From positions 1 to 27,416 of IMG/VR virus record IMGVR_UViG_3300017766_000201: DNA of 27,416 bases. One strand, written 5' to 3'. How positions within the stretch are numbered: position 1 is the first letter of the stretch; the number at the start of each line of letters is the position of its first letter. This document shows positions 15,322 through 24,484 of the stretch, piece after piece. Below the pieces are notes generated by a model, which was not told where the DNA came from, did no database searches, and saw only the letters and a program-made list of their open reading frames with translations. A program made the position numbers and the translations under genes. Source of the stretch: a virus. Lineage: Duplodnaviria; Caudoviricetes.

Positions 15322-15924
15322 TTAAATTTTATTGAATTTCTCAAGGATTGAATCCATTGTAGAACGACTGCGATTTTTAGCAAGGCGCATTACTTCTACT
15401 TTAGTTTCGTTTTCAGGGTTGAATGAAATAGGTTTAGGCTCTTCGCTCAATTCAACTGGTGCGACTTCTTCTGCAACTTCAGATGATAATACGAGTTTAG
15501 CTTTTAACTCTTCGTTTTCTTTTTTCAAGGCTTCGATTTCGCTAAAGAAAGATTCTTTAGTTACTGATTCGATGATCTTCTTTGCAGTAGGTGCAGCAGC
15601 CATTTCTTCTTCAGGCATCTTACCTGTTTCAACTTCAGCTTCAGGAGCTTCAACTTCTACCTCTACTTCTGCTTCAGCAGCTTCACGGATGTCAGCGATA
15701 ACACCTTCTTCGATAACTACCAAGATGCGACCATCTTCGAGTTCGTAGTCACCTACAGGAAGTGCGATACGTTGTTCGTCTTCAGTTAGGATAAACACAG
15801 GTTGACCTGCTTCGAATACTTCTGCTTCAAGCATAGATACACCATCAGTAAGGCGCATAGTTTCCAACTTCACTTCCATTCCAAGAAGTGTGCGGACTTT
15901 GTTTAAGATTGATTTTTCGTTCAT
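15322..15924 (-). CDS. capsid scaffolding protein
   Basis: Very acidic, LPVGDYELEDG, coiled coil, basic C-terminus, between protease and capsid. Confidence 0.7.
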   Translation of the reverse strand: MNEKSILNKVRTLLGMEVKLETMRLTDGVSMLEAEVFEAGQPVFILTEDEQRIALPVGDYELEDGRILVVIEEGVIADIREAAEAEVEVEVEAPEAEVETGKMPEEEMAAAPTAKKIIESVTKESFFSEIEALKKENEELKAKLVLSSEVAEEVAPVELSEEPKPISFNPENETKVEVMRLAKNRSRSTMDSILEKFNKI

Positions 15925-15933
15925 TTGTTTTTA

Positions 15934-16311
15934 TTAAAAATTAAAACCTTTAATTAGTTGTTCTACTTTTGCAATACCATCTTTAATTTGTTTTTCTTCA
16001 TCAAAAAGTCTTGTTTTAGCTGATTGATAATCCGATGGTAATTCAAGTCCTAATTGTTTTGCTTGGTCTTCGAGTTTCATTCCTACCGCAATAGTTCTAT
16101 CAATTGACGGCTTTGCCATATTATATTCTTTCAATGCCTGCTCTAAAATGGGTTTTGCCGATTTAGACTTATTGTAAGCATTAGCGTGTAGATTTTTAAC
16201 ATTTTCTAACGCTTTTTTAAAATCATCAATTGCATTTAATTCAACCTCATGGGAAGCCAATTGAGTTTCCTCTTTAAATAGCTTATTGTAAATAGATTTT
16301 TGTGTGTTCAT
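15934..16311 (-). CDS. helical protein, possible internal head protein
   Basis: 125 aa, has its own late promoter, shares LAxHEVEL with the protease. Confidence 0.6.
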   Translation of the reverse strand: MNTQKSIYNKLFKEETQLASHEVELNAIDDFKKALENVKNLHANAYNKSKSAKPILEQALKEYNMAKPSIDRTIAVGMKLEDQAKQLGLELPSDYQSAKTRLFDEEKQIKDGIAKVEQLIKGFNF

Positions 16312-16317
16312 ATGTAT

Positions 16318-16343
16318 ATAACGTTTTATAGATTACTTGTTGC
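16318..16343 (-). promoter_or_regulatory. late promoter (phage sigma)
   Basis: GCAACA-N12-AACGTTAT-N6-ATG. Confidence 0.75.
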
Positions 16344-16347
16344 CTTT

Positions 16348-16551
16348 TTATCCGTTTTGACGTACAATAGTTCTCACCCCGCTTACTTCAGTTCTTGTAA
16401 CGGTGTCTCCTGTGCCTTCCGTCTTTCCGATGCCTTGTGCCTCTAAACTTCCGTCACAACATTTGGTTGAGTATTTTCCGTTTGCGCATAGGCAGCCACG
16501 TCTTGCGCCTGCTCTTGGACTTGCCGTGCTTGGTGTTTTGAATTTGCTCAT
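16348..16551 (-). CDS. small Cys-rich protein (67 aa)
   Basis: Start MSKFKTPS 1 nt after the protease stop. RRGCLC..KYSTKCCDGSL.AQGIG. Confidence 0.65.
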   Translation of the reverse strand: MSKFKTPSTASPRAGARRGCLCANGKYSTKCCDGSLEAQGIGKTEGTGDTVTRTEVSGVRTIVRQNG

Positions 16552-16552
16552 C

Positions 16553-17128
16553 TTATTTAAGTAGGTCTTTAAGTTGGTTAATAATTTCATTTTTGCTCAT
16601 ATCTTGTCTTGGTGAATCAGGCATCTTGTCAGCAAAGTATCCCTCAATTGAGAATCCTTTTACCTTGCCGTCTTTAACGTCTTGCCATACCTCATCGTTG
16701 TCTACCTTCATAGAAATCATCCAAGTTCCTTTTGGTAGGTTGAATCCGTACAACTGGCTTTTGTCCATCTTTTCGTCTTCAATTAGCCACGATTCTACTA
16801 CGCTCATTCCTTTAATAGCGTCCTTGTGTTCGTAGGTAGCGTTGTTTTGATTGCCTTTCTTAAAGAATAACTCCATAGCTTGGCGCACGGTGTTCTCTGA
16901 AAAGTAGATATAGAACTCCTCCTCTTTGTTTCTGCGGTAAATCTTCTTGTTCGGGATAAGAGCAGCACCCATTAAGATACGTTTCTCGGTGTCAATTTCT
17001 TTGAGTTCTACTTCGTGTTTTGCTAACGCTACAAAGTTCTCTTCTATGGCAGGTGATTCGACTACTGAAACGGCATTGATACCGCCTTGTAGGTCTTTTT
17101 CGTCAATGATTAGCTCTAATACATTCAT
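16553..17128 (-). CDS. prohead (capsid maturation) protease, XkdF-like
   Basis: AVS.VE.PAIE, G.ALIPNK.IYR, TYEH, VESW, PKGTW and KGFSIEG.F motifs. Confidence 0.8.
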   Translation of the reverse strand: MNVLELIIDEKDLQGGINAVSVVESPAIEENFVALAKHEVELKEIDTEKRILMGAALIPNKKIYRRNKEEEFYIYFSENTVRQAMELFFKKGNQNNATYEHKDAIKGMSVVESWLIEDEKMDKSQLYGFNLPKGTWMISMKVDNDEVWQDVKDGKVKGFSIEGYFADKMPDSPRQDMSKNEIINQLKDLLK

Positions 17129-17134
17129 AATAAA

Positions 17135-17160
17135 ATAACGTTTTTAGGTTACAATGTTGC
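17135..17160 (-). promoter_or_regulatory. late promoter (phage sigma)
   Basis: GCAACA-N12-AACGTTAT-N6-ATG. Confidence 0.75.
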
Positions 17161-19077
17161 GTTTTTAATTCTATTGCGGTCAAGTGCTTGTGCAGATGTT
17201 ACCTCTCCGCTTACAACATACGCCTGAATTGGTTGCTGCTGAATTTGCGCGAGCTGGTTCATTCCTGAATTGCCTACGACATTGAATGACGGAGACATAA
17301 CACCACCACCGCTACCTGATGGAGAATTCAAAGAAGATTCACCGCCACCACTACCACCAAATTTAGCAGCAGCAATTTTAGCAATACCTGCCGCACCGAA
17401 AGCAGCAGTTAAACTCGCCTGAATAGCAGGATAAGCAGGCATCACCGCAGTAATAGGCGATTTTTGTGCAGTCTTCCAAGCCTCGATTGTACCTTCAATT
17501 GTTGCGATAGTAGATGAAGCAATCTTTGCAGCCTTGTCTATGTTAAAAGCAGCCTTTGCTTGACGCTCATTACGCTGACCGAACAATTCAGTAATGCTTG
17601 AAATTAAAGCTAACGAATCTTGTGCCAATGCAACCTTCTGCTCATTTACCGTCTTGATATCTTCGAGGTCTTTTTTGAGCATTTCATCGTCTTTGCGCTC
17701 TTGCTCTTTTCGCAATTGCTCCTCAAGTTGTGCTTGCTGAATGTCTAACGCTTGCTTTTGTTCGTTGTAAGCAATCTCTGCATCTAATCTTGCTTGAGTT
17801 CCTTCTTTATGGATGTCAATTTGCTCTTGTAATCTTGCCAGTTGCAATTCGCGTTCTTGCTTTGAGATATCAATGAGCTTTTGAATTTTCCTGTCCTCTT
17901 CTTTGATGAACTCTGCCTCTGCTTTTTGACGTTCTATGCTTAAAGTTACTTCGCTTTCAGTTCGTGCTTTAACAAGTTCGTCTGCCTCTCGTTGCAATGC
18001 AAGGTCATTTGCTAACTGCTCGGAGCGTAGTCCTTGAATCTGCGCTAAAACACCTTCTTTGTTGGCAAGTGCTTCAGTAAGTGCTACCTGATTCTCTACG
18101 GTCTTGCTCTTGTTGTATTCCATTTGAGCTGCCTGAATCTGCAAACCTGCTTGTGCAAGCATTGCCTTCTCTTGTTGGTCTAATACATCTTTTAGTTTGT
18201 TATTAGCAGCAATCCTTTCAGGTATAGAGTTACGTTCTTCGTCACGAATTTGACGTAGAGTTTCTGCTTGCCTATCATAAATCTCAACGAGTCTACCTTG
18301 TTGGGCAGCAGCCACCGCAGCGTTGTTGCGTGCGTCAACTAATGCAGATGCTTGTTCATAAGCAGCCGTCACCGAAATCTTGCTTAAGTTTTTAATTGCC
18401 TTACCGCCAAAGTCTACTATCTCCGTTGCAGCCTCATACAAGTTGTCCGTAATATCTTGACCTGATTTCAAGGCACTTTTACCTACCTCTACTAAATCTT
18501 TTTCAGTTGCCTTAATGTTCTTACGAAGTTCCTTGATTGTCTTCGGGTCTTTATCTCCGAAGAAAGATTTTTCCCAAGCAAGCTGCAAGTTTTGTATGGC
18601 TAATTTAATGGCAAAGAATCCACCTTTTAACGGAGTGAGTGCGATGTTTAAGATACCGCCCATTACTTTACCTAATGCATTGAAGCCACCAGTTGATTCA
18701 TAGGCAGCCTTCGCAGCGTTGACTAAAGCACCTATCGTTTGATTGAAAAGAATAGATAGGGTTTCCATAATCTTTTGGAATCCACTTGCCGTTTCACCGC
18801 TTGATTCAAATGCAGATTTTAAGCCTGCCAATGCTCCAATGATTAAACCGATACCTGCACCCTTGAGTGCAAGACCTACACCTTTAGCAGCAGAACCAAT
18901 TTTCTTGAATCCTTTAGATGCGCCATCAGCAGCATCGTCCGTCTTTTTGACCTCCTTGTTTAACCTCTTAACGCTATCGGTTGAGTCATCAATATTGTCA
19001 GCAACTTTCTTAAAGTCTTTTGCTGCTTCGTCTGCGTTAGACTCTACGTCAATCTTAATTTTTCTTGTCTCTGCCAT
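17149..19077 (-). CDS. tail tape measure protein
   Basis: 642 aa, Ala/Gly/Lys-rich helical with coiled coils. AGIGLIIGAL and C-terminal AYVVSGEVTSAQ. Confidence 0.8.
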   Translation of the reverse strand: MAETRKIKIDVESNADEAAKDFKKVADNIDDSTDSVKRLNKEVKKTDDAADGASKGFKKIGSAAKGVGLALKGAGIGLIIGALAGLKSAFESSGETASGFQKIMETLSILFNQTIGALVNAAKAAYESTGGFNALGKVMGGILNIALTPLKGGFFAIKLAIQNLQLAWEKSFFGDKDPKTIKELRKNIKATEKDLVEVGKSALKSGQDITDNLYEAATEIVDFGGKAIKNLSKISVTAAYEQASALVDARNNAAVAAAQQGRLVEIYDRQAETLRQIRDEERNSIPERIAANNKLKDVLDQQEKAMLAQAGLQIQAAQMEYNKSKTVENQVALTEALANKEGVLAQIQGLRSEQLANDLALQREADELVKARTESEVTLSIERQKAEAEFIKEEDRKIQKLIDISKQERELQLARLQEQIDIHKEGTQARLDAEIAYNEQKQALDIQQAQLEEQLRKEQERKDDEMLKKDLEDIKTVNEQKVALAQDSLALISSITELFGQRNERQAKAAFNIDKAAKIASSTIATIEGTIEAWKTAQKSPITAVMPAYPAIQASLTAAFGAAGIAKIAAAKFGGSGGGESSLNSPSGSGGGVMSPSFNVVGNSGMNQLAQIQQQPIQAYVVSGEVTSAQALDRNRIKNATL

Positions 19078-19219
19078 TGTATAGTTTTTTTCTTAATTCT
19101 TGTTTCCAGATCTTTTTTGTAGAGCTTGTCAGTTCGTGTTTTCCTTTGGCTATGTCAATCAACTCGGATTCTCCGTAGAAGTTGTCAAGTTGTAGCATTG
19201 AAATTATTTGTTTTATCAT
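19055..19219 (-). CDS. small hypothetical protein (54 aa)
   Basis: Manual translation MIKQIISMLQLDNFYGESELIDIAKGKHEL... ATGA overlap upstream, and overlaps the tape measure start. Confidence 0.65.
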   Translation of the reverse strand: MIKQIISMLQLDNFYGESELIDIAKGKHELTSSTKKIWKQELRKKLYNGRDKKN

Positions 19220-21486
19220 TGTATAATATAAAATGTTTCAGTTGTTGTGCTTCCGTCTAAATACGTATAGGTAACTACGATAGTGTAAACCGTACCTGCT
19301 GCGCCACTCGGTAAACCTATCGTCAATGAACCGCTCGCAGTCATCGGATTTGGTGAGAACGTTACGTCAGTATCCGAACAAGTAAAAGATGCTTGTACTG
19401 CGTTGTTTGGTAGGTTGATTAGGTACTTAACGCTTCCACCTTCAGTAGATACTTTCGGATTTGGGTTTGTAGAGTTTACAATCGGTCTAAAATCCAAGAT
19501 GAGTTGTAACTCTGCGTCTCCTGTGGTTAGGTTCGTTTTCATCTCGTTGATGATATACCTTCTATCTCTGATCACAAGTCTATCGTTTAGCTGCAATCCT
19601 GTTAGTAGGCTCACAGGTAGTCTTGCCTTTACGCTAATTAAACGCTGCTTTAAATTGTAAAGGTTGTATAGGTAGCTAAAATAGTAATTAGCAAAGAGCG
19701 TGTTTTGGATAGGGTAGTTAAGTAGCGTACTTGTTTCAGGCGCAAAGTTTAAAGTATAGTCCGTGTTATTGTAGAGCAAGTCCTGCCCAAATGGAGTATA
19801 GTCTACAACCGTGCTATGACTTCCACCATCGTTATGAAATTTAAAACTACAAGTTTTGTTCTTGTATTGATAGAGAAGAACTGGCTTTGGTATGTATGGT
19901 GCAAACTCTCCGTTAAGTGAGTATCCTACCTGTAAATCAGTGCCTGTAAATTTCTGCTGCAATAAGTTTTCAAATGGAAGCTCAACTACAAAATCACCTC
20001 CGTCATAGTTATACTGATACGTTGTATCTCCGTATTTACGGCTAAATGTTTGTGAGAAATTCTTGTTTAGGAAAGATTCGGAATCTTGATATTTGAAAGT
20101 AATGTTTTTGTAAAGAGGCATTCTTGCTTGTTCAATCGTGTTGACATCAACGTACTCGGAAACGTCTACAACCGCTCCTTTGCTATACCAGTCATCTAAC
20201 GGCTCAACCCAATATTCTCCGTCCGTGATTGAGTAGGTAGTCATATTGAAAGTCTTGAGGATTCCTGAAAAGAAATCAGCTATCTTCATTACAGGTGCAT
20301 TTGCAGAAAGGTCAATAGTTGAAATCATTGCTAATGATGCATAGCCTATCGTAAGGTAATCTATGATAACCACTCCTACTGTTGTGTTCACATAACTTAC
20401 TTCATAAACCCAATTTGATACAATCGTATTTGCGCCTGCGGTTCGTATTTTTATAGTATAGGTGGTATTTAAACCTACCGCTTGTGTAATTGTATCTATC
20501 ACATACGTTCCTGTTCCCGAACCTTGAATTGTATTATACAAGTTTCCGTTTTGGTAAATGTCAATGTAGTAATTTGCAGCGGTGCTTGCAGATGTTACGT
20601 TGTATTTTAAATTGTGCAAAAATACGCCTGCAATTTCCTGTACTTGTATTGTGTTGGTCGCTGAAGTATAGGTGTTCGTAAGGTCGTAAGTAACAAACGT
20701 AGGGGTTACTGAAGTAGAGCTTAAACTATAAGAGTTTGAATACTGTACCAAAGTTTCCTTGCCCTTGTACCATAAAAACAAATCCGTAAACCGCTCATCT
20801 TGTAAGAAAGCACCTTGAAATTTGATGCTATACTTGTTTTGTATTTCCTCAAATATTTTAGCTACTCTAAATGCAGGAAATAACTCGGTTTTAGTAATCG
20901 CTCCTGCGTTAGCGTGTATGTTATTATTTGTTAGCGTATTTACTAACCAGTTCGGTAGTGCAGCATTTGGTAAAATAGATTGATACTGCCAAATGCGATT
21001 AGAGGTGATTAGCGGATACTTGACATCGTAAGTGTTATTGGCATCCTCAATCCGTGTTAAAACCTCTGCAGCGGTAAAAGAGTGAGCGTATGCCGTATAG
21101 TCCAAATCCGAAAGCAAGTCCTCACCAAAGGTATCTTTAAGCGTTACTCCTTCTCCGTAAAATGTTAGTTTATAGGAACTCGGTTTGCCGTTGGTTAGCG
21201 TTGCTCCGTCTAATTGTACTTTCCCCTTGCGAAAGGTAGTTAGGTTGATTTCTATGTATGCGTCTTTTCGTAGGTTGTTGTCCGTTGTAAAGTCAATATC
21301 CGAATTATACCAATGCTCGAAGAATACGTTGTTGACATCAGATGCAGGCACGGTAAATCCTTGCGAGAAATCCGTAAACGTCTTTGAGATGTCCTGAACG
21401 TTTTGAATAGAGCTTGTTACCTGTATCTGCTCGTCATTGAATAGCTCAATGCGGTTACCTTCTATGTAGAGTTGTACCTTTCTCAT
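19216..21486 (-). CDS. large tail/baseplate hub protein
   Basis: 756 aa, N-terminal IELF.DE.I.VT.SIQ.V.DI....TDFSQ.FTVP pattern typical of tail-tip proteins. Confidence 0.65.
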   Translation of the reverse strand: MRKVQLYIEGNRIELFNDEQIQVTSSIQNVQDISKTFTDFSQGFTVPASDVNNVFFEHWYNSDIDFTTDNNLRKDAYIEINLTTFRKGKVQLDGATLTNGKPSSYKLTFYGEGVTLKDTFGEDLLSDLDYTAYAHSFTAAEVLTRIEDANNTYDVKYPLITSNRIWQYQSILPNAALPNWLVNTLTNNNIHANAGAITKTELFPAFRVAKIFEEIQNKYSIKFQGAFLQDERFTDLFLWYKGKETLVQYSNSYSLSSTSVTPTFVTYDLTNTYTSATNTIQVQEIAGVFLHNLKYNVTSASTAANYYIDIYQNGNLYNTIQGSGTGTYVIDTITQAVGLNTTYTIKIRTAGANTIVSNWVYEVSYVNTTVGVVIIDYLTIGYASLAMISTIDLSANAPVMKIADFFSGILKTFNMTTYSITDGEYWVEPLDDWYSKGAVVDVSEYVDVNTIEQARMPLYKNITFKYQDSESFLNKNFSQTFSRKYGDTTYQYNYDGGDFVVELPFENLLQQKFTGTDLQVGYSLNGEFAPYIPKPVLLYQYKNKTCSFKFHNDGGSHSTVVDYTPFGQDLLYNNTDYTLNFAPETSTLLNYPIQNTLFANYYFSYLYNLYNLKQRLISVKARLPVSLLTGLQLNDRLVIRDRRYIINEMKTNLTTGDAELQLILDFRPIVNSTNPNPKVSTEGGSVKYLINLPNNAVQASFTCSDTDVTFSPNPMTASGSLTIGLPSGAAGTVYTIVVTYTYLDGSTTTETFYIIQ

Positions 21487-22535
21487 TAGACTACTGAATT
21501 GATGACATCGTAAGCAAATTCAAACTCTAACTGATAATTAATCATATGAGTATTTATGCTCTTGAATAACTCCGTGTTTTTGGTGTTTAGTTTAGCAGGT
21601 TTCTTGTTGATCAGGATTCTTTCCGATAGCATCAACTGCTGAATCACCTCTTTGAAACTTTCGCTTACCCAATCAGTATTTACGCGAATCATCTTCTTTC
21701 CGTTGGCATTAAATACCGCTCTTTGACCTTCTAAAGTTGAGTAGTTAGGGTAGCGAGTTTGCATTAGATTATACTCCGTGTTTTCGATTCCCAAGCTATC
21801 GTTGCTCGCCTTAAAGAACCATTCACGCTGCCAAGCTCCAAACTTATTGACAAAGTCTAATTGAACTGGTGTGTACTTGCATTCGATTTTAGGCGCAAAC
21901 GTAGCCGTAAATAATACCGCTGCACTTCCGTCAATAATTTCTAACTTGTTCCCTACTGCGCCATAGGTTGAGTATACTCTTGGGATGTCTCGCCACACAT
22001 TGTTTGTAAGAGCTACGGTTTGGCTTGCTCCTGTGGATAGGTTCGTGTATTTAACCGAGTTTCCGCCGCCTGTGTATAGCGTTAGCCATCCATACTCACC
22101 GCTTAAATCATAGTTGTAGGTATATGTACCTGATGATAGTAGATAGTTTCCGAGCGCAGGGTTGTAACCTTCCTCATAGTATCCGTAGCCGTCAACACCA
22201 AAATGCGTTTGAGTAGAACCTACCTGAACAAAAGACGTACTGATTTTCTTGAATAACTTCAAGCCAACATTGCACCATTGCGCTGAAGGAGTAGCCGTGA
22301 AAATGTTTGTAATCGTTTGTAGTGTGTCGTGGTCTATGTACTCACGGATGTACGGCGAAACATCGTAGTAAGTCGCAGGATTGTTTGACGAAGGTATCTT
22401 CTTACTTAATGTGTAAGTAGGTGAAGCAGGCATTGAACCTGTGCCATTCCAAAGGAAGATTTGCAGCTTTGTCTCTATCTGCGATGTTTCGTTTATCGTA
22501 ACTATGTACGGATTCCGTGCGTTAATTGTTGCCAT
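21486..22535 (-). CDS. tail protein (distal-tail-like)
   Basis: 349 aa, F.NKFGAW, NT.WV.E and .LMLSE.I motifs, upstream of the hub gene. Confidence 0.55.
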   Translation of the reverse strand: MATINARNPYIVTINETSQIETKLQIFLWNGTGSMPASPTYTLSKKIPSSNNPATYYDVSPYIREYIDHDTLQTITNIFTATPSAQWCNVGLKLFKKISTSFVQVGSTQTHFGVDGYGYYEEGYNPALGNYLLSSGTYTYNYDLSGEYGWLTLYTGGGNSVKYTNLSTGASQTVALTNNVWRDIPRVYSTYGAVGNKLEIIDGSAAVLFTATFAPKIECKYTPVQLDFVNKFGAWQREWFFKASNDSLGIENTEYNLMQTRYPNYSTLEGQRAVFNANGKKMIRVNTDWVSESFKEVIQQLMLSERILINKKPAKLNTKNTELFKSINTHMINYQLEFEFAYDVINSVV

Positions 22536-23071
22536 TATTTCAGTATATTATCAATTTGTTGGTTGAATAGTTTTTCTGCATCCAATCCGAAAGATGCTAC
22601 CAGTTCGTCAGGTAGATTCCTGTAAGCAGCCTCAAATGGTTTGGTAAAAAACATACTCGGTTTCATTCCTTTGTTGTAGATTCCTCGTGTGATTAGAAAC
22701 GCAGTAGATTCATAGCTTAAGAACCTTCCTGATTTTCTATCCTTGAATTGAATCCGTCTTTTTTTAACCCAATTAAAGATGCCTTTTGTCAGCCCGCCTT
22801 TTTTACCTGTACCTGAACCAAACTTAAACGGAGATTTAGGTGCTTTCGATGAGCTTTTTTTACCCTTAACACCCAAGTCTTGATACGCTCCGTAATCATC
22901 CATAGAAAACTGAAGCGAGATAGAGTTAGGCATAGCCTTTACATCCCCTTTAATAGAGTTGTACAAGCTCTTGGATACGTTCTTTCGTTGGTTTGTTAAG
23001 TTGCGTTTAGATACGCTAATAACGTGGTTACGGAAACGCTCTAAAGATTTCTTTACCTCGCTTTGTTCCAT
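22535..23071 (-). CDS. tail completion / neck protein (HK97 gp10-like)
   Basis: Basic, S..LYNSI, YG.YQD.GVKG and I..KG.KP..FFT. Confidence 0.6.
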   Translation of the reverse strand: MEQSEVKKSLERFRNHVISVSKRNLTNQRKNVSKSLYNSIKGDVKAMPNSISLQFSMDDYGAYQDLGVKGKKSSSKAPKSPFKFGSGTGKKGGLTKGIFNWVKKRRIQFKDRKSGRFLSYESTAFLITRGIYNKGMKPSMFFTKPFEAAYRNLPDELVASFGLDAEKLFNQQIDNILK

Positions 23072-23526
23072 CAGCAGATTGTTACCTCGTTAGGAATCAA
23101 AACGTCAAATGTCATTGTCCACCCTGCAAGGTTGTTCTCGAATCGCTCTACAAATGGTTCACAGTTAGGGTTTCCGTCAACTACTACTTGTGAATCCCAC
23201 ATTGTGCCGTGTAGCATTTGTGCATAAGCTCGGTTTAGGATTTCTAATTGAGTGTTTAGTACATCTTGCTCATTCGTGTTTCCCCTGAATCCGTCAGTAG
23301 TTGCCTCTTTGGATATGTTGACGATGTCCATTGCAATCAGGCTAACATTGAATCTTACCACGTTGGTCTCGAAAGATGCGCTATTGATCATAACGTGTAC
23401 AAGCGGGAAGATAGTCTGCTTGTTTAAGTCTATCTCGAAGATGTCTCCTTCGGTTAAGGTGTTCACCAGTGCATCAGCATTGAAGTGAGTTTGTAGGGCT
23501 TGTGTTATTGTGTAAAATCCTTTCAT
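23071..23526 (-). CDS. putative tail terminator
   Basis: 151 aa acidic, FPLVHV and PF.ERFEN.LAGW...F.V. Confidence 0.55.
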   Translation of the reverse strand: MKGFYTITQALQTHFNADALVNTLTEGDIFEIDLNKQTIFPLVHVMINSASFETNVVRFNVSLIAMDIVNISKEATTDGFRGNTNEQDVLNTQLEILNRAYAQMLHGTMWDSQVVVDGNPNCEPFVERFENNLAGWTMTFDVLIPNEVTIC

Positions 23527-23807
23527 CGTCTCATTTGTCTTTGGAGTTGTCTTTGTTCAATTTCGTTTTTTTGCTTCTCGAAGGTGAGATAGGTGAGACA
23601 TTTAGTAAGTCGGAGCTTTGTAATCTCATCGAACTTCGTAACGTCTCCTTTAGCGAGTCCATATATTGACTGATACCATCCCCATCGTTTTGCAAATTGA
23701 GTTGTTTCGCTAAAGTCGCTGACAGGTTCTTGTCCTTCTTCATCTGCTTCTCCAAATAATTCAGGGTAGCCGTCAGTAACTCGTTTCCTAAATTGTAAAA
23801 AAAAACC
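23523..23807 (-). CDS. -1 frame extension of the tail assembly chaperone (gpGT-like)
   Basis: Entered at the T9 slippery run (23797-23805). Its stop TGA overlaps the next gene's ATG. Confidence 0.65.
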   Translation of the reverse strand, partial: GFFLQFRKRVTDGYPELFGEADEEGQEPVSDFSETTQFAKRWGWYQSIYGLAKGDVTKFDEITKLRLTKCLTYLTFEKQKNEIEQRQLQRQMRR

Positions 23808-24286
23808 GATGCTGCAATGCAAACATCAAGCGGAGCGAACTGCATCAGCTCTTGGTGGTCTTTACTTGGGACGTACTCGTGTAATTCGTACTTGTCTTTA
23901 ACTCGTGTTTTGATAGGACGGTACATAACCGCCATTGCCTTATTGTAAGTCTCCCAACTTTGCAAATGGCTCTCCAAATCTACGTACTCACCGAATGTAA
24001 TCTCTTCAAGGTTAGGAATAAAACCAAACTCAATATCTCCAACTCTAAAGGTCTGCTGAAATTTAGGCTTCTGACTAAACAATTCAACAAAGTGAGCTAC
24101 CATTTCATTCAGTGAGGTCATCTTAATTTTAGCAACGTCCGCTAAACGGATGCCGCAAAAAATCTCAATCATCTTTTGAGCTACAAATTCCTCATCGTTT
24201 GAATTTTCCTGCACTTTTAGGAAATCTACATAGTGCTTTAATGGGATTTCGTTTAGTGAGGTAGGTACTTTTACTTGGATTTCCAT
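23531..24286 (-). CDS. putative tail assembly chaperone (gpG-like)
   Basis: FGFIPNLEEITFGEYVDLE and MAVMYRP. Contains GTT TTT TTT at codons 161-163. Confidence 0.65.
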   Translation of the reverse strand: MEIQVKVPTSLNEIPLKHYVDFLKVQENSNDEEFVAQKMIEIFCGIRLADVAKIKMTSLNEMVAHFVELFSQKPKFQQTFRVGDIEFGFIPNLEEITFGEYVDLESHLQSWETYNKAMAVMYRPIKTRVKDKYELHEYVPSKDHQELMQFAPLDVCIAASVFFYNLGNELLTATLNYLEKQMKKDKNLSATLAKQLNLQNDGDGISQYMDSLKETLRSSMRLQSSDLLNVSPISPSRSKKTKLNKDNSKDK

Positions 24287-24292
24287 AATTAT

Positions 24293-24318
24293 ATAACGTT
24301 ATTAATCATTTTTGTATT
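24293..24318 (-). promoter_or_regulatory. late promoter (phage sigma)
   Basis: AATACA-N12-AACGTTAT-N6-ATG. Confidence 0.7.
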
Positions 24319-24484
24319 CTTGAGCAAGGACATACGAGTATGCTTGAGCTAACATTTGAGTGTGTTTGCGCATTGAGAACACATCGTCAAAGACAATATG
24401 AATCTTTCTGCCAGTTCGTTTGTAGATATATTCCTCTACAACTGCTTTCATTTTAGGCAGCTCATCGAATTGCGTATTGTCCAT
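24302..24484 (-). CDS. hypothetical protein
   Basis: 60 aa, start overlaps the end of the terminase gene. Confidence 0.6.
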   Translation of the reverse strand: MDNTQFDELPKMKAVVEEYIYKRTGRKIHIVFDDVFSMRKHTQMLAQAYSYVLAQEYKND

